In this document: positions 8,107-10,650 of the stretch, piece after piece
How the letters are laid out: each line of letters begins with the position of its first letter
Position numbering within the stretch: position 1 is the stretch's first letter
Source of the DNA: Campylobacterota bacterium
GTDB lineage: Bacteria > Campylobacterota > Campylobacteria > Campylobacterales > Sulfurimonadaceae
Length of the DNA: 10,650 nucleotides
Assembly (NCBI GenBank): GCA_034717975.1
Contig: JAYEMF010000110.1
Location: forward strand, 1 to 10,650
Reading direction: 5' to 3'
Notes under the pieces: model-generated
What the model was told of the DNA's origin: nothing
What the model saw: the letters and a program-made list of their open reading frames with translations, nothing else
Database searches by the model: none
Translations under genes and position numbers: made by a program

Positions 8107-8212
8107 TAGCAGGGCTATAAATAAGGCCAAAAGATCAATATTCTCGTATTATTATCTTTTACAGTTTACCAAGCACAACAGCTTTCTAGCCATGAGATAA
8201 TCTGCAAGCCCA

Positions 8213-9235
8213 CTAAGACAAAATAACCGACTTATAGCTATACTCCTTGCCGATAACATAGAACAGCCTCTTGTTAAGTCGATCATGATACTTATCCATG
8301 AAAGCTTCCTTCCCCTCTGGATGCATATATGATCGACTCACTAAATCCTCCACATCCGTTGTAAGGGAGTGGATTTTCTGGAACAGTTTTTTCAAACGTT
8401 TATCAGGAATCTCGAGCATCTTTGCAAAGAGTTCAAAGTCTTCCAGCGTATAGTAACCAAGTGCTCCGTAAGAACGTGTTTCCAGATCATCAAAGAGATC
8501 CAAACCCATATCACCGATAGTTTCATTAATGTGATAGGAAGTGAAAAGCAGATCATAATTAGGTGTCAGGGTCAGATCACTTCTATTTTCTGGCCGATAA
8601 AGTGAAAAGTTTTTCAAGTGAGCATCGCCGTTGCCAATGAGATAGTTTAAAATTATACGGCTAAAGAAATCTTCAAGTAGTAGCCGATAAGCAGGTGCAT
8701 ATTTTTTAATTGCTGAAGCGATGGCTTCATAGCTGGAGTCATACTTATATGTTTCGCCACTATTTTCTTCTGTTTTATTGAGTATTGAAGCAAAGTCTTC
8801 CTGATCCAGTTTTCGGTTATTTTCTCTGGCATAATCGAAACGCCGTGTAATATATGCCAATTCACCATCACTAAAAGGAATCAGGCCATTTACCGCTGTC
8901 GGAATACCAAAAATCTGTCGTGAAATTTGCATACTCACATGTTCATTGGGTACAATCTCTTCTTTGTGCTGCAACAGTCTCGAGGGAACGGGTTTCAAAA
9001 TGTAATGTCCATTATCTGCTGTCGGCACCAGCTCATTCCCACTGTCAAAACGCAGTGATATTTTATCTTGAACACCGGAGATAGACATGACCTTTGCCAG
9101 TTCATTCTGCTTTTCATAAAATTCGGTTTTATCAAAGGTAAGCGGTTTAACATTTCGGCCATCAAACAGCTCTTTCTTGCACTTAGGACAATACATTCCG
9201 ATCGATATTGTCTTTAAACATCCATAGCACTGCAT
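8213..9235 (-). CDS. hipT: HipT-like Ser/Thr kinase toxin (HipA kinase domain lacking N-subdomain 1)
   Basis: About 340 aa with Gly-rich loop MSISGVQDK, YILKP, NEH, RRFD, QEDF, catalytic GNGDAHLKNFS and Mg-binding PNYDLL. ATG 9235 has an AAGGA RBS 5 nt upstream and overlaps the hipS stop (TGATG). The ORF track uses GTG 9238. Confidence 0.9.
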   Translation of the reverse strand: MQCYGCLKTISIGMYCPKCKKELFDGRNVKPLTFDKTEFYEKQNELAKVMSISGVQDKISLRFDSGNELVPTADNGHYILKPVPSRLLQHKEEIVPNEHVSMQISRQIFGIPTAVNGLIPFSDGELAYITRRFDYARENNRKLDQEDFASILNKTEENSGETYKYDSSYEAIASAIKKYAPAYRLLLEDFFSRIILNYLIGNGDAHLKNFSLYRPENRSDLTLTPNYDLLFTSYHINETIGDMGLDLFDDLETRSYGALGYYTLEDFELFAKMLEIPDKRLKKLFQKIHSLTTDVEDLVSRSYMHPEGKEAFMDKYHDRLNKRLFYVIGKEYSYKSVILS

Positions 9236-9564
9236 CACGATCCTTCTTCCAGCTCTTCAATCGTAATGGCACCGATTGTATTTGACCTAGCTGTTTTAAG
9301 TAACCGGGTAAAATGATCATCTTCATCTATCTGAAGATCTCTGCACTGGATAGCCTTGATATTTCCCTCTGCAAGCATATTGGCAAAAAAACTAAATAAC
9401 TGGTTTGATTCGAACATTTCATCTTCCAATGGGAAACAGACAGAGATGGGTACCGCATCCGGATCTTTCAAATACGCTTGATCATAAACAAATCTATAGA
9501 TACCATTCTCTTTAACTATCATACCTATTGCGACCTGATTTCGATAAACAATTCCCTTTTGCAC
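9235..9564 (-). CDS. hipS: HipS-like protein (stand-alone HipA N-terminal domain), putative antitoxin
   Basis: 109 aa, GTG start. YRFVYDQAY, PISVCFPL, LFSFFANMLAEG and TIGAITI match the HipA N-terminal/HipS pattern. Lies between the HTH and kinase genes. Confidence 0.88.
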   Translation of the reverse strand: MQKGIVYRNQVAIGMIVKENGIYRFVYDQAYLKDPDAVPISVCFPLEDEMFESNQLFSFFANMLAEGNIKAIQCRDLQIDEDDHFTRLLKTARSNTIGAITIEELEEGS

Positions 9565-9575
9565 TTACCGTTTTC

Positions 9576-9794
9576 CTATATGGATTGTTTGACAGCTATC
9601 TTGATCTCAAGACCAAGTATCTCTATTATCCTGCCAAGTGTATCAATAGTTACATTGGCTTTGGCATGTTCAAGTTTTGAGATAGTGGCTACACTGACAT
9701 TGGCATAATCCCCAAGCTCCTCTTGTTCCATCCCAATCTCATGCCGCCTTTTCAGTATAGCTGTAGCAACAATACTTTTTATATCTTCCCTCAT
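9576..9794 (-). CDS. hipB: HipB-like XRE-family HTH regulator
   Basis: 72 aa with XRE pattern RRHEIGMEQEELGDYANVSVATISKLEHAKANVTIDTLGRIIEILGLEI. AAGG RBS at 9804-9807. First gene of the HTH-HipS-HipT triplet. Confidence 0.88.
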   Translation of the reverse strand: MREDIKSIVATAILKRRHEIGMEQEELGDYANVSVATISKLEHAKANVTIDTLGRIIEILGLEIKIAVKQSI

Positions 9795-9839
9795 ACTGTA
9801 TAACCTTATATGTATTTCAACTTATCATATATTATAAAT

Positions 9840-9867
9840 ATTTACCTACTAAAGGGAAATTATAGCA
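9840..9867 (-). promoter_or_regulatory. hipBST promoter (extended -10) with adjacent inverted-repeat operator candidate
   Basis: Minus strand TGCTATAAT (9859-9867), a consensus extended -10. It runs directly into the imperfect IR ATTTCCCT-N5-AGGTAAAT (9840-9860; 7 of 8 positions pair). Confidence 0.65.
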
Positions 9868-9960
9868 TAAAAGACATCTTACTTATAGTATAAGACAAGT
9901 GTGTTGCAAAAGACAGTCGTATTTCTTAAAAAAATATTACATGACATTTATCGAGTTCTA

Positions 9961-10442
9961 TTATCGATCTGACTCCACAAAAGCATCCCACTTCTCATCT
10001 ACAAACGCTTTTATTTCTGCTTCAAAACGTACGGTTGAAAACTTTGAGGCATGATCAGAAATTGCTTTGTAGTCAAATATCATCGTTTCAAATTTTTCTA
10101 TGGCATCGTTAAGCGACTCAACACTCTGCTTGTCAAAGAGAACACCCGTCTTACCATCTATGACAGTATTTTTAACGCCACCAACATCATATGCGATAAC
10201 CGGAGTTCCACAAGCCATCGCTTCAACCGGTGCAATTCCAAAATCTTCCCGACTCATGAACACATAGGCTTTTGCTTCTTGCATTAAAGACACTAGTTCC
10301 TCGCCTTGTTTAAAACCAACGAATTCAATATTTGATGAAGCTCTATCAACTAAGTGCTGCAACTCACTTCCAGTTCCAACAATAACCAAAGATTTGTCTG
10401 GCATTTTATTAAAGGCTTCCACTATGATTTTTATAGTACTTA
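9961..10442 (-). pseudogene. 5'-truncated GT4 glycosyltransferase (WbaZ-like), C-terminal nucleotide-sugar-binding half only
   Basis: IIVEAFNKMPDKSLVIVGTG...EDFGIAPVEAMACGTPVIAY...GGV..TVIDGKTGVLF carries the GT4 EX7E motif. Only about 155-160 aa are present versus roughly 350-400 for intact GT4 enzymes. Upstream of about 10435-10442 the frame becomes unrelated sequence and hits a stop shortly above 10503. Confidence 0.8.
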
Positions 10443-10650
10443 CCCGATCCGAAGTGTTTGAAATCATCATCTGAAATGCGGATATCGATAAATGGAGTCT
10501 CATTGGTAAATTTATTCGTGATGAGATAGTCTAGAAGACGTAAGAAGGGCCCTAAACCATTGAACTCATGGTGAGACTTGGCTTGTAGTATTGGCAAGTG
10601 CTGATGAAGGAAGAGGAGTAGTTCACCATTTTCAAGTTCTATCCAGTTGT
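10409..10650 (-). CDS. C-terminus of an unidentified protein entering from the window edge, possibly a transposase
   Basis: Frame is open from 10648 to TAA at 10409-10411: NWIELENGELLLFLHQHLPILQAKSHHEFNGLGPFLRLLDYLITNKFTNETPFIDIRISDDDFKHFGSGKYYKNHSGSL*. The last ~10 codons read out of frame through GT4 sequence. No diagnostic motif is visible. Confidence 0.5.
   Translation of the reverse strand, partial: NWIELENGELLLFLHQHLPILQAKSHHEFNGLGPFLRLLDYLITNKFTNETPFIDIRISDDDFKHFGSGKYYKNHSGSL
10443..10650 (-). mobile_element. Probable right end of an insertion sequence (IS1380/IS1634-like terminus, tentative)
   Basis: GT4 similarity stops abruptly. The junction reads CCCGATCCGAAGTG on the + strand, a CC-starting end as in IS1380/IS1634 TIRs, and the incoming ORF reads through it without its own stop. 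The partner TIR and DDE residues are outside the window. Confidence 0.42.

Noticed and set aside
8106..8212. Terminator, sRNA or gene remnant between hipT and gmhA, including the small IR ATAGC-AGG-GCTAT
   Set aside because: The stem is only 5 bp with no U-tract, and no recognisable coding remnant or RNA motif is present.
8213..9564. Frameshifted single hipA pseudogene
   Set aside because: The kinase gene has its own RBS and start overlapping the upstream stop, a distinct N-terminal mini-domain and the SIS loop. This matches the natural HipS/HipT split.
317..9708. Many 60-145 aa shadow ORFs (e.g. 4416-4808, 4873-5307, 6496-6831, 7161-7550, 3412-3675, 3290-3508)
   Set aside because: They lie antisense to or out of frame within well-supported genes and show no recognisable motifs.
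9961..10503. Intact 180-aa glycosyltransferase gene
   Set aside because: The first ~20 residues are not GT-like and the acceptor-binding domain is missing, so it is treated as a truncated gene.
10409..10650. Group II intron 3' end as the cause of the GT4 interruption
   Set aside because: No domain V-like sequence (GAGCCG...CGGTTC) is visible on either strand near the junction.

Overview
Chromosomal window that looks like a free-living Campylobacterota genome (Sulfurimonas/Sulfurovum-like; inferred from gene content and extended -10 promoters, not proven). Left to right it holds: the 3' end of a heptosyltransferase (waaF-like, +); a minus-strand hldD-hldE-yfaZ-like unit; a divergent cytochrome c553 gene with an intrinsic terminator; and a minus-strand gmhA-gmhB-short asparaginase-ccoI-ccoS unit. 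All four ADP-L-glycero-D-manno-heptose genes are present, interleaved with cbb3 oxidase maturation genes. The accessory right end carries a three-gene hipB-hipS-hipT (HipBST-type) kinase toxin-antitoxin module. It has its own promoter and candidate operator and two atypical features: a four-Cys putative zinc motif at the HipT N-terminus, and Asn where HipS normally has its inhibitory Trp. Beyond it is the C-terminal half of a GT4 glycosyltransferase, cut off by foreign sequence that is probably the end of an IS element. All assignments come from motif recognition by eye; no database searches were run.
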